From IMG/VR virus record IMGVR_UViG_3300025915_000004, positions 10,597 to 74,596 of that record: 64,000 nt of DNA. One strand, written 5' to 3'. The notes beneath the pieces were generated by a model, which was not told where the DNA came from, did not search any database, and saw only the letters and a list, made by a program, of their open reading frames with translations. This document shows positions 17,151-25,896 of this stretch, one piece after another. The translations under genes were made by a program, and so were the position numbers. Each line of letters starts with the position of its first letter. Within the stretch, counting starts at the first letter, position 1. Source of the stretch: a virus. Lineage: Duplodnaviria > Caudoviricetes.

Positions 17151-17390
17151 CCGACGTACGTCTCGCATGATCCATCTGTTCGATTTCCCGAACACGATGT
17201 CGACCTAGAAAAGCGGATACGCTACTGACGTACATGGTGTTTGATCCATCTACACTGACGCACATCTCGCATGATCCATCTGATTTTGACGCACGTCTCG
17301 CCTTCCTCATCTGCTATGACGCTAACGAGATTGACACTAAAAACACATCCCTGTTCCCACTCCCTACTTTATCTGTTGTTGAAAAATAAT
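17151..17390. repeat. Iteron-like array plus AT-rich tract: candidate replication origin
   Basis: (T/C)GACG at 17152, 17226, 17256, 17287, 17317 (last four with 30-31-bp period); TCTCGCATGATCCATCTG exact at 17161 and 17265; AT-rich tract about 17330-17390; non-coding, near the helicase gene. Confidence 0.7.
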
Positions 17391-17466
17391 AGGGAGAGGG
17401 GACCAGATACATAGGGGCCGAGTAGAGATTGTGCGTTCTAGCGTTAGTACCGTATACACTGCTGTC

Positions 17467-17820
17467 ATGGCTACCAAGTATGAGATCGAGAATCGGAACG
17501 CCCGTCAGGACGCCGTCACCCTCGCCGTGCAGGAGAAGATCACGAAACCGTGGTGGGGCACGATGACCGAGCTGGTCGAGTTCCTCGCGGTGCAGCTGCC
17601 GTTCCCCCACGTGCTGACGCCGCGCACGCTGTCCGCCACCCTGGCGAAGTTGGAGGACGGCGGCTGGATCGACCACACCGTCCGCCACTGGCACACCGGC
17701 AAGGCCCGCATGGTCGCCCTGATCCCGCCCGGATGGCGGTGGGACAACGAGCATCGGCAGTGGGTCGTCAACGGCTCTCCAGTCCCTACTCAGGAGCCGT
17801 CCCAGACTGTCCCGCAGTAG
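17467..17820 (+). CDS. Stand-alone winged-helix protein, paralog of the helicase C-terminal domain
   Basis: WWGTMTELVEFL...LTPRTLSATL...GKARMVALIPP aligns with WQGTTTELLGHL...WTPRLLSDRL...GDGSRVVRVTPP; -10-like TACACT 6 nt before ATG (possibly leaderless). Confidence 0.75.
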   Translation: MATKYEIENRNARQDAVTLAVQEKITKPWWGTMTELVEFLAVQLPFPHVLTPRTLSATLAKLEDGGWIDHTVRHWHTGKARMVALIPPGWRWDNEHRQWVVNGSPVPTQEPSQTVPQ

Positions 17821-17927
17821 TTGCGGACATCTTCCCGCCCGTGCGACATTGAGAACGGCCCGTCTTCGCCACGAGTCCAGCGGCGTGTCAGCGCCATGGC
17901 CCCTGCGGACTGGACGCACCGGTGAAC

Positions 17928-17978
17928 GCGAAGTCCCCGCGACCGCGGTCCTGACAGACCCGATGGCGGGGACTTCGC
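17928..17978. terminator. Bidirectional hairpin between convergent genes
   Basis: 13-bp perfect stem GCGAAGTCCCCGC/GCGGGGACTTCGC. Confidence 0.65.
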
Positions 17979-18006
17979 TGTTGCCGCGGTCAGCCGCGCA
18001 CCGCGG

Positions 18007-19413
18007 TCACGGCGGTGTCACCCGCACCACCCGCGAGCCGTCCCCCGCGCGCCCGCGCTCGATGCGCCACCCGATCGCGTTCAGGGCCTGCGTCGCGCGC
18101 TCCAGCCGGTCGGACAGCAGCCGGGGCGTCCAGTGCCGCCCCGGTTCGTCCTGAAGACCACCGTGCATCATCAAGTGCCCCAGCAGCTCGGTGGTGGTGC
18201 CCTGCCAGGTGCCGCGCACAGCCTGGCGCAGGGCGACGGCGACCGTGTCACCCTCGGCGATGTCCTCCAGCGCCGAGAACCGCCCCGCGCGCCACGCCCC
18301 CAGGGCGTTGGTGTGCCAGCGGCGGTCCACGGCCGCCACGATCTGCGAGAAGCGCGTGAGGCGGTCGGCGGCGTTGCTGCGCGGCAGCGAGAGCATGTCC
18401 CCGAAGATCTCCGCCGTGCGGTCCAGCAGCCACGCCAGGGCCGAGGGGTGCGCCAGTGCCCAGGTGGCCGCGACTTCGTCGTCGTTGCGCCAGGAGGTCA
18501 GCCGCGAGAGGCGGTGCATGGCGATCCGGTCCGCCAGGTCGCCCTCCAGCCCGCCGAGGGTGATGCCGTTGATCACGATCACGCTCTGGAACGCCGAGAC
18601 GTACAGGTCGCCGTCGGTATATAGCGCGCGGTCCACCCAGCCGTCCCCGGAGGCGGCCTTGCACAGGGCGTCCGACCACCAGCGCGCGATCCCGGAGACG
18701 TTGTCCATCGGCAGCACGTACCGCCCGCTGGCGTAGGCCGCCCAGGTCTTCCCGTCCCGCGGGACCGGGAGCATGGCGGGGGACGCGTCGATCCAGTTCG
18801 ACGTGATCTTCGTGGCACCGGTCTTCGCCGAGCCGGGCGGTCCGCTGATCACCTCGATCGGGTGCGTGATGCCGGGGAAAAGGGACGCGATGCGGCAGGC
18901 GACGTACAGGGCCCAGTCATCCACAGACGCGATGTTGATCAGGTCGCGGACCAAGTCCATGCCGCCGTCGTCCGTCGGAAGGGGCAGCTCCGCCGTCAGG
19001 GACGTCCTGGTGAACAGGACGGGCGGGCGGTCCACCACGCACCAGCGGCCGGGCTCCAGCATGACCGCCTTGCCGTCCGTGCGCCCCAGGTCGAGGAACA
19101 CCGCGCCCTCGTGCCCGGCGATGCGCAGGTTCGGCGTCACCCGGCGCCGGCTCATCGCCGCGCCCTCGGCCAGGTTCAGCACCGTGGTCAGCGCCTCGGA
19201 GTTCGCGGCCCGGCCGGTCTGCGCGTACATGTCCGCGGCGAGGCGCTGGCGCATGCCGTTCGTGCCGCGCATCGGGATCATGACGGACGGGGTGTCGTTG
19301 CGCACCGCGAACAGCCGCCCGTCCGTGGCGCACGAGACGTAGTAGTCCCTTTGCAGGATCTGCATCAGCACGTCCACGGCCGCGATCTGGCCGTTCCCCC
19401 CTGCTCCGCTCAT
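18007..19413 (-). CDS. Primase-associated P-loop helicase / Rep ATPase (AICE/plasmid-type) with C-terminal wHTH
   Basis: Walker A GPPGSAKT, Walker-B-like VLPMDNVS, LYTDGD, GDLADR motifs. Confidence 0.8.
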   Translation of the reverse strand: MSGAGGNGQIAAVDVLMQILQRDYYVSCATDGRLFAVRNDTPSVMIPMRGTNGMRQRLAADMYAQTGRAANSEALTTVLNLAEGAAMSRRRVTPNLRIAGHEGAVFLDLGRTDGKAVMLEPGRWCVVDRPPVLFTRTSLTAELPLPTDDGGMDLVRDLINIASVDDWALYVACRIASLFPGITHPIEVISGPPGSAKTGATKITSNWIDASPAMLPVPRDGKTWAAYASGRYVLPMDNVSGIARWWSDALCKAASGDGWVDRALYTDGDLYVSAFQSVIVINGITLGGLEGDLADRIAMHRLSRLTSWRNDDEVAATWALAHPSALAWLLDRTAEIFGDMLSLPRSNAADRLTRFSQIVAAVDRRWHTNALGAWRAGRFSALEDIAEGDTVAVALRQAVRGTWQGTTTELLGHLMMHGGLQDEPGRHWTPRLLSDRLERATQALNAIGWRIERGRAGDGSRVVRVTPP

Positions 19414-19718
19414 GCTGTCGCTCCCTGGCCGCGCAGTGCGGCGCGGCGGCGTTCCACCGCGCGCTTGAAGGTGTCGCCCGACATGTGCAGGGCGTTGGAG
19501 ATCCGCGAGGTGACCGTGCCGGGCGTCTGCGCGACCAGGTCGACGATGTACGCGCGGTCCGCGTCGGTCACCGGCACCGCGTCGCCGTGCCAGATCCGCC
19601 AGACGGCCACCAGGTCCACCGGGCCCCAGTCCGTGTCCAGGGTCAGGCCGTCCGAGGCGACGCCGGGGTCGTGGACCGGCGGCGTGTCCGTGTGGGTACC
19701 CGCTGTTATGGTGGACAT
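19410..19718 (-). CDS. Small putative DNA-binding protein
   Basis: VDLVAVWR..HG motif and C-terminal HTH-like segment; GAAAGGA RBS. Confidence 0.6.
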   Translation of the reverse strand: MSTITAGTHTDTPPVHDPGVASDGLTLDTDWGPVDLVAVWRIWHGDAVPVTDADRAYIVDLVAQTPGTVTSRISNALHMSGDTFKRAVERRRAALRGQGATA

Positions 19719-19992
19719 CGAGCGTCCTTTCCGATCAAGAGGGCTACGCTCACCCGAAGATCGACGCGGGTCCGCTGCCAACGGGCCCGCTCGACGGATG
19801 GCGCGGGTCATGCCAAACTAGCGCGCGCCGCCGAGACGTACGAGGGCCGCGGGAGACCGGGCTCTCGTGTGCAGGATTCCCGACAGGGCTGCGGTCAAGG
19901 AGGGGATGGATCGGTCCCGAGCGTCACAGACGCGAGGCGCCGGCCGGTTGCGCCGAACCGCGAGAGGCGCCCTTGCAGCCCGCGCAACGAGC

Positions 19993-20033
19993 GCGAGCGC
20001 CCCGTCCGCCCAACAGCCGGTCGGGGCGCTCGC
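19993..20033 (-). terminator. Hairpin terminator candidate
   Basis: GCGAGCGCCCCG/CGGGGCGCTCGC 12-bp stem after the 20048 stop. Confidence 0.6.
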
Positions 20034-20047
20034 CGTGTGCGGACCGA

Positions 20048-21025
20048 TCACAGCAGGCCTTCGTCGACCAGGTGCTCGCGCACTGCGGCCCAGTTCTCCG
20101 AGACCGCCGTCAGCTCCTCGCGCTCGCGCTCCTCGCGGGCCAGCCGCTCTTGCCGCAGCCCTTCGTCCAGGTGCTCGCGGATCTTGCCGTCCACCAGGTC
20201 CGTCAAGACCTGCGGTTCCAGCGCGTCCAGCTCCCAGCAGTCGGTGCCGTACTGCTCGACGTAGGCGGCGAAGCGGCTGTCCGTGGCTTTGGCGTAGTTC
20301 GGCGGCGGGTCGTACTGCCGCACCTGGTCCATGGTCAGCGCGATGCGCTCGACGTAGCAGGTGCTGCCGAACAGGTACAGGCGGTCCTGGATGTCGCGCG
20401 GGATGTCAAGCCCGGTCGGGTCGTGGTCGCCCAGGTACAGGATCCGGGTCTTCACGCCGCGCCGCTCGAAGTGGCGCAGCCGCAGCGCGGCGTCGTGCAC
20501 CAGCGAGTGCGAGGGGGAGCCCTTGCACGCGGTCCAGCTCACGTCCAGCGGCGCGGCGGCGCGGGCGACCACGTCGACCAGCGCGTCCTTCTCCACCCAA
20601 GCCTCGACGTGCTCGTTCTGCCCGTCCCAGTGCGTGATGCCGTACTGCGCCGCGATCGAGTCCAGCGCGTCGGCCGGGTCGCGCCAGCCGCCGTCGCCGC
20701 CCGCGCTCTCACGGCCGCGGTCCTCGATGTGGTCCCAGTCCACCAGGCCGGCCACGCGGCCGTCCGCGATCAGGTCGCCGAGCCACTTGTAGTTCTGCTG
20801 GCAGTTCTTCGTGCCGGTGCCGCTCGGGTTGCCGGGCGTGCGCTGCCCGTCGGTGAAGTACCGCGTGTCCGGGAACGCGTCGGTCGCGATGAACCGGTAG
20901 TACAGCTGCCGCAGCGTCAGGCGCAGCCCCTGCGCCGCGTAGGCCGCACAGATGGCGTCGGCCTGCCGCACGACCTCCAGCCCGGCGTCCGTGAACGACC
21001 GGTGCTCATATCTGATCTTGCTCAT
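20048..21025 (-). CDS. Topoisomerase VI-A/Spo11-like protein (Mini-A-type; 5Y-CAP + TOPRIM)
   Basis: TLRQLYYR (catalytic-Tyr helix), WVEKDAL (TOPRIM Glu), KG.PS, ILYLGDHDPTG (DxD), WELDAL. Confidence 0.8.
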   Translation of the reverse strand: MSKIRYEHRSFTDAGLEVVRQADAICAAYAAQGLRLTLRQLYYRFIATDAFPDTRYFTDGQRTPGNPSGTGTKNCQQNYKWLGDLIADGRVAGLVDWDHIEDRGRESAGGDGGWRDPADALDSIAAQYGITHWDGQNEHVEAWVEKDALVDVVARAAAPLDVSWTACKGSPSHSLVHDAALRLRHFERRGVKTRILYLGDHDPTGLDIPRDIQDRLYLFGSTCYVERIALTMDQVRQYDPPPNYAKATDSRFAAYVEQYGTDCWELDALEPQVLTDLVDGKIREHLDEGLRQERLAREEREREELTAVSENWAAVREHLVDEGLL

Positions 21026-21056
21026 CGTGCATCCTCCCTGAACCCCTGTCGTGCTC

Positions 21057-21069
21057 ACTGATGACAACT
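21057..21069 (-). promoter_or_regulatory. 13-bp motif AGTTGTCATCAGT, copy 2, at a TTGCGC-18-TAAGTT promoter candidate
   Basis: Exact motif; overlaps -10-like TAAGTT upstream of the Mini-A gene. Confidence 0.7.
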
Positions 21070-21989
21070 TAGTACGCGCCGCCTTGGCCGCGCAACCACG
21101 CTTCGCGCAGCCGCCGCTCGCGCTGCTTCTCCCCGTCGATGAATTTGCGGGCGCTCTCGCACAGGGTCAGCACCTCGCGCCACGGCATCCCGGAGGTGTC
21201 CCCCGCCTGCCAGATCGCGCGCAGCTCGCCCAGCACCTGCTCCGCAGGAAGGCGGCGGTGCAGCGAGCAGGCCGCGCGGTACAGCTCGCGGTTGCGCGCG
21301 CCGACCGGTGCGCCGCGGGTCTTAAGCTCCTCCAGGTCGACGTCCTCGCCGCTGTACGCGCCGCCCGAGGACGCCGGCCCGGCCGAGGCGATCCACGCCA
21401 GCAGCCAGGGCGGCGCGTCCGGCGCCGAGCAGAAGCAGCCGTCCGTCCACCGGTAGGGCACCGGGACCTGCTCCCCGGAGCGGTCGGTCATCACCGCCAT
21501 CGACGGGGCGGCGACCACGAGGTTGCCGTCGCCGAGGATGTCCACGCCCGGCAGGATCCGGTTGCGCCCCGGCACCCGCATCCCGGCGGGCGTGCGCAGC
21601 CACAGGTGCACGCCGCCGGACGGGGTCGTGGACACGGCGGGCCCGCGCAGGCCGAGCCCGTGCTGCTGCATGAACCGCCACAGCTCGCCGGGCCCGTCGT
21701 CCCCGTGCTTCACGTCCAGGTCGAGCACGACCAGCCGGGACGGCGAGCCGCAGGCGACGCCGATGTTCGCGGCGCGGTCCTGCCCCCAGCTCCAGCGCAC
21801 CGCGCGGTTGTCGATCGAGGCCCAGTGCACGCCGCCGGAGTCTCCCAGCATCCGGTGCGGGCGCTTGCGACCGCGGACCAGCGCCAGCACCGCATAGCCC
21901 TGGCCCTGGTAGCGCAGGGCGGCGGCGCCGAGCCCGAGCCGGCGCACCGCGGGATCGTCGGCGGCGAAATCCTGATGAGAACAGCGCAT
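21069..21989 (-). CDS. Bifunctional DNA primase/polymerase (Prim-Pol) with PriCT-like C-terminus
   Basis: ANIGVACG, LVVLDLDVKHG, TPSGG.HLW, VAAPS, G.RN..LY..AC motifs. Confidence 0.9.
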   Translation of the reverse strand: MRCSHQDFAADDPAVRRLGLGAAALRYQGQGYAVLALVRGRKRPHRMLGDSGGVHWASIDNRAVRWSWGQDRAANIGVACGSPSRLVVLDLDVKHGDDGPGELWRFMQQHGLGLRGPAVSTTPSGGVHLWLRTPAGMRVPGRNRILPGVDILGDGNLVVAAPSMAVMTDRSGEQVPVPYRWTDGCFCSAPDAPPWLLAWIASAGPASSGGAYSGEDVDLEELKTRGAPVGARNRELYRAACSLHRRLPAEQVLGELRAIWQAGDTSGMPWREVLTLCESARKFIDGEKQRERRLREAWLRGQGGAY

Positions 21990-22063
21990 GTGCACTTCCT
22001 CCCTGACCGTTCGTGCCTTTTCAGTGTACGCTCTAACTGCGGACTAGTTCAGGGAGGAAAGAC

Positions 22064-22615
22064 ATGATCGTCATCAAGGACCATCGCGGTGAGATCGTCC
22101 GGAACGGCCAGTTCGAAGGCGAGCTGGTCGCCGAGGTGTCCACCGACGACGGCGAGCGCGCCCGGTGGATCGAGATCAAGCTCTACCGGCGCACTGACGC
22201 GGACGGGTGGATCATCCACCGCATGTCCGACTCGGTGCTCTACCACCACATCGACACCACCTGCCGCACCCCGAAGAGCGCGCGTCCGGGCCAGCCGATG
22301 ACCGCAGCCGACTTGCAGGATGGCGCCGAGCCGTGCGGCAACTGCCGTCCGCCGGAGCCGGACGACATGCCGCCGGACCACCCGATCCGCATCGAGGTGG
22401 CCAGGAACGTCGTGCACCCCTGGAACACCGAGAAGCAGGTTGTGGACGACCTGGTGATGGACCGGCGCACCGGCACGCCGTACTGGTCGGAGCCGGTCAT
22501 CGAGCTGGTGACCGCGGCCGGCATGCAACACCGCGAGTTCCTAGCGCTGCTTCCGACGGTGGATGCAATGGCCCAGTCGTACATGGACCGCGCAGAGGCA
22601 CGGAGGCAGCCGTGA
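22064..22615 (+). CDS. Hypothetical protein
   Basis: GTTCAGGGAGG upstream; H...C and C..C motifs. Confidence 0.7.
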   Translation: MIVIKDHRGEIVRNGQFEGELVAEVSTDDGERARWIEIKLYRRTDADGWIIHRMSDSVLYHHIDTTCRTPKSARPGQPMTAADLQDGAEPCGNCRPPEPDDMPPDHPIRIEVARNVVHPWNTEKQVVDDLVMDRRTGTPYWSEPVIELVTAAGMQHREFLALLPTVDAMAQSYMDRAEARRQP

Positions 22616-22755
22616 TTCGCTACCTGCTGCACCGCGTGCGCCGGCACGACGCGACCGTGAACCTGCACGGGTTCCTACACGTCTACCACTGCTGGACGTG
22701 CAGCCGGAACTGGAACGGGCTACTGCTGCGCGGCGGCAAGCCGTGGGCGGTGTGA
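22612..22755 (+). CDS. Small Cys/His protein
   Basis: GTGA overlap; HCWTC. Confidence 0.4.
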   Translation: MIRYLLHRVRRHDATVNLHGFLHVYHCWTCSRNWNGLLLRGGKPWAV

Positions 22756-22756
22756 G

Positions 22757-22954
22757 ATGGCCGGACAGAGTCTAGCCTGGCCGTCCTCGACCAGGCTCGT
22801 GTACGCGATTCCGAGCACCGAGGCACATCTGCTGCCGCTGTACGGAGACGGCAAGACCGTCATGTGCGGGAAGTACGTCACCTTTCTGCGGTGGCATGAC
22901 GACGACCACGCCAAAAGCCTGCCCGTGTGCAGGGTCTGTCAGAGAGCGGTGTGA
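22757..22954 (+). CDS. DUF3039-like Zn-finger protein
   Basis: H....G...MCGK.......LPVC..C pattern. Confidence 0.5.
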   Translation: MAGQSLAWPSSTRLVYAIPSTEAHLLPLYGDGKTVMCGKYVTFLRWHDDDHAKSLPVCRVCQRAV

Positions 22955-22955
22955 C

Positions 22956-24740
22956 GTGTCCGGCGTACTCGACGGCGTGCAGCTGCGCCTTATCCGGTCG
23001 ATCGACGACCTGGCGGAGTGCAAGCGGTGGGCAGGCGAGCGGCGCGAAGGTCCGTTGTGCTTCGACACGGAGTCGGCGGGCCTCTCGCCGTATCGGGACG
23101 AGTGCCGCCTGATCCAGATCGGCGACCTGCACACCGGGTGGGCCGCACCCGCGAAGCTGTGGGGCGGCGGCATTCTGGAGATCCTGCGGGACTACCAGGG
23201 CGAGCTCGGCGCACACAACAGCCCGTACGACTGGCGGGTGGTCAAGCAGTTCTCCGGGCTCAAGCTCAACTGGACGAAGATCCACGACACGCTGATCGCC
23301 TGCCACCTCTACGACTCGATCATGCCCCACGGCCTGAAGGCGGCGGGATCGCGCATGGTCGACCCGCGCGCCATGGCGGGGGAGAAGATCCTGAGCGAGG
23401 CGATGGCGGCGAACCACTGGACGTGGGCCACGGTCCCGGTCGACTACCCCGGCTACTGGGCGTACGGCGCGCTGGACCCGGTCCTGACCGCACACCTGTG
23501 GCAGAAGGTCGGGCCGAGCGCGACCGGGGTGTACGCGCAGGCGTACGACCTGGAGCGCGCCACGGTGCGCATCGCCGCGCAGATGATGGACACCGGGATG
23601 ATGCTCGACGTCCCCTACATCGAGCGCTCGATCGAGAAGCTGCTGGACTGGGAGAAGCAGGCCGTGGCGTGGCTGCGCGGCGAGTTCGGGATCACCTCGG
23701 TCAACTCGGCCGCGCAGATCGAGCGCGCGTTCCACTCCCTCGGCATTCCGACGCTCGCGTGGACGAAGACCGGGCAGATGTCGATCGACAAGGACACGCT
23801 CAAGCTGTACGCCCACATGTTCCCGGCGCACCGCAGGCTCATCGAGACGATCTCCGGCGCGCGCAAGACCGACAAGATCGTCAATACGCACCTGCGCAAG
23901 TTCCTGGACCTGCGCGACGCCGACGACGTGATCCACCCGACGATGAACACGATCCAGGCGCGCACCTCCCGCCAGTCCGTGACCGACCCGCCGATGCAGA
24001 CCTTCGACCGCGACGTGCCGATGATCCGCGGCGCGTACCGCCCCAGGCCCGGCAGCGCGTACGTGACGGTGGACGCCGACCAGATCGAGGCCCGGCTGTG
24101 CGCCCACTTCAGCAGCGACCCCGGCATGATCGAGATGTTCCACCACGCCGAGCAGACCGGCGTCGACTTCTTCCGGCTGATGGCCGGGCGCATCTTCCAG
24201 ACCGAGCCGGAGAAGATCGACAAGAAGGACATCCGGCGCCAGCTGACCAAGAACTCCACCTACGCGAAGATCTACGGGTCCGGCCTGGAGAAGATGGCGC
24301 TCACGGCCGGCGTGCCCGTCGATCAGGCACGCCCGGTGTACACCGCGTTCGGCCAGCTGTATCCGGGCCCGGACCGGCTGATGGCGGAGATCACGCGCAA
24401 GTGCCGCGCCGAGGAGAACGCCGGCCGCCGCGGCTTCGTGACCACGCCCACCGGCCGCGTGCTGTACACCGACCGCGGCAAGAGCTACGCGGGCCTGAAC
24501 TACAAGATCCAGGGCCACGCGGCGGAGATCCTCAAGCAGAAGGTGGTCGAGCTCGACGCGGCCGGGTTCGGCCCGTATCTGCGCCTGACCATCCACGACG
24601 AGGTGCTCGCCGAGTTCCCCCGCGAACACGCGCTCGAAGGCCTGGCCGCGATGTCCCGGATTCTGACCGACCGCACCACGTACGCAGTCCCGATCACCTG
24701 GGACGGGAAGGTTCTGGAGGAGCGATGGGTGAAGTCGTGA
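22956..24740 (+). CDS. polA: Family A DNA polymerase with 3'-5' exonuclease
   Basis: ExoI FDTES, AHNSPYD, HDTL, Y.A.D; motif A DADQIEAR; motif B RQLTKNSTYAKIYG; motif C TIHDE. Confidence 0.95.
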   Translation: MSGVLDGVQLRLIRSIDDLAECKRWAGERREGPLCFDTESAGLSPYRDECRLIQIGDLHTGWAAPAKLWGGGILEILRDYQGELGAHNSPYDWRVVKQFSGLKLNWTKIHDTLIACHLYDSIMPHGLKAAGSRMVDPRAMAGEKILSEAMAANHWTWATVPVDYPGYWAYGALDPVLTAHLWQKVGPSATGVYAQAYDLERATVRIAAQMMDTGMMLDVPYIERSIEKLLDWEKQAVAWLRGEFGITSVNSAAQIERAFHSLGIPTLAWTKTGQMSIDKDTLKLYAHMFPAHRRLIETISGARKTDKIVNTHLRKFLDLRDADDVIHPTMNTIQARTSRQSVTDPPMQTFDRDVPMIRGAYRPRPGSAYVTVDADQIEARLCAHFSSDPGMIEMFHHAEQTGVDFFRLMAGRIFQTEPEKIDKKDIRRQLTKNSTYAKIYGSGLEKMALTAGVPVDQARPVYTAFGQLYPGPDRLMAEITRKCRAEENAGRRGFVTTPTGRVLYTDRGKSYAGLNYKIQGHAAEILKQKVVELDAAGFGPYLRLTIHDEVLAEFPREHALEGLAAMSRILTDRTTYAVPITWDGKVLEERWVKS

Positions 24741-25105
24741 ACGGCTTCGGACAGAAGCTGCCGTGGGGCTACGATCCGCAGATGTCGGCCGCCGTCGCCA
24801 AGGCGGAGGATGCGGTGAAGACCACCGGTCCGCGCAAGCTTCTGGAGTGGGCCATCGTTCAGTACATGGACGAGCACTACCCCAGCTACGGCGTCAAGCG
24901 CTGGTCACCGCCGCCGAACCTGCGGCTCGAACTGCACCCGAGCACGCATCATCTGATCAGACAGGACCCTGACTTCGAGTATCCGGGGTCCGAGATCTCC
25001 GAGAAGCTTCAGATACCTATGAAGATCAACCGAGATCTGGGCGAAGGCGAGTGGCGGCTTGTCGTCGTCACCGAGGATGTCAAGACCGAAGGAAGGCTCT
25101 CGTGA
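24737..25105 (+). CDS. Hypothetical protein
   Basis: GTGA overlap with the polA stop. Confidence 0.6.
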   Translation: MNGFGQKLPWGYDPQMSAAVAKAEDAVKTTGPRKLLEWAIVQYMDEHYPSYGVKRWSPPPNLRLELHPSTHHLIRQDPDFEYPGSEISEKLQIPMKINRDLGEGEWRLVVVTEDVKTEGRLS

Positions 25106-25392
25106 AGTACCCCGGCGCGCAGACCGACATGAAGCTGCACGAGGGCGAGGAGTGGAAGGTTCCCGTCGACCCGCACGGCCAGCCCTTCAGCTACTGGGTC
25201 GAGGACCAGGACGCGGACGGCGACGCGGTGCGGCTGATGGAGAAGGCGTGGAACGCCGCACCGCACCACTTCGCCACGCTGCGGCGCATCGGCTGGATCG
25301 ACCAGAAAGGCCGGGTGTGGACGAAGATCCCGCCGTCCGACGGCTTCGACGGCGGATCGCTCACCCCGCTGCTGATCGACGCGAGGGACTGA
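25102..25392 (+). CDS. Hypothetical protein
   Basis: GTGA overlap; GGAAGG RBS. Confidence 0.6.
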   Translation: MKYPGAQTDMKLHEGEEWKVPVDPHGQPFSYWVEDQDADGDAVRLMEKAWNAAPHHFATLRRIGWIDQKGRVWTKIPPSDGFDGGSLTPLLIDARD

Positions 25393-25393
25393 C

Positions 25394-25861
25394 ATGTTGC
25401 CGCCGGCTGTGATGTGGATCGATCCCGGCGGGATGACCGGCCTGGCGACGCTGACCGACGGACGGGACTTCTGGACGGACGAGTTCCCGCCCCAGCAGGC
25501 CGGGCACATCGTCGAGGCGTTCTGCGAGCGGTGGAACTACGGCGGCGTGATCGGATGGGAGAGGTTCCACATCGGTCCGCAGACGCACAAGCTCACTCAG
25601 GAGCCGGTCCACCAGGCCATCGAGATGATCGGCGTGGTCCGGTACCTGGCCACCGGGCGCCACGTGCGGATCCTCACCCCCGCCGCGCCGGACGACCGCA
25701 AGAGCGCCAGCCGGGCCATGCTCGGTGCCCTGGGCGTCTGGCCGGCCGGAAAGGACGATGCGCAGAGTGCGACACAGCACCTGGTCGCATGGCTTCTGCG
25801 GACGGGGAGCCTGCCGACCGCATGGCGTGCTACGCTCGCAACTGCTGACATCTTGAGGTAG
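25394..25861 (+). CDS. RuvC-like Holliday junction resolvase
   Basis: WIDPGGMTG, VIGWERF, IEMIG, DDAQSA.QH RNase H-fold motifs. Confidence 0.8.
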   Translation: MLPPAVMWIDPGGMTGLATLTDGRDFWTDEFPPQQAGHIVEAFCERWNYGGVIGWERFHIGPQTHKLTQEPVHQAIEMIGVVRYLATGRHVRILTPAAPDDRKSASRAMLGALGVWPAGKDDAQSATQHLVAWLLRTGSLPTAWRATLATADILR

Positions 25862-25896
25862 TCGGCACGCAGGATCAGGGAAGAGAGGCACGGCCG

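Noticed and set aside
17151-17325. ~30-bp periodic repeats as a mini-CRISPR array, given the Cas4-like gene
   Set aside because: Units are contiguous and degenerate with no unique spacers, and there are no cas1/cas2 genes. The Cas4-like gene sits in a normal exonuclease-Sak4-SSB recombination module.
20048-21025. Wadjet (JetABCD) defence system
   Set aside because: The TOPRIM protein has no neighbouring SMC, kleisin or kite genes.
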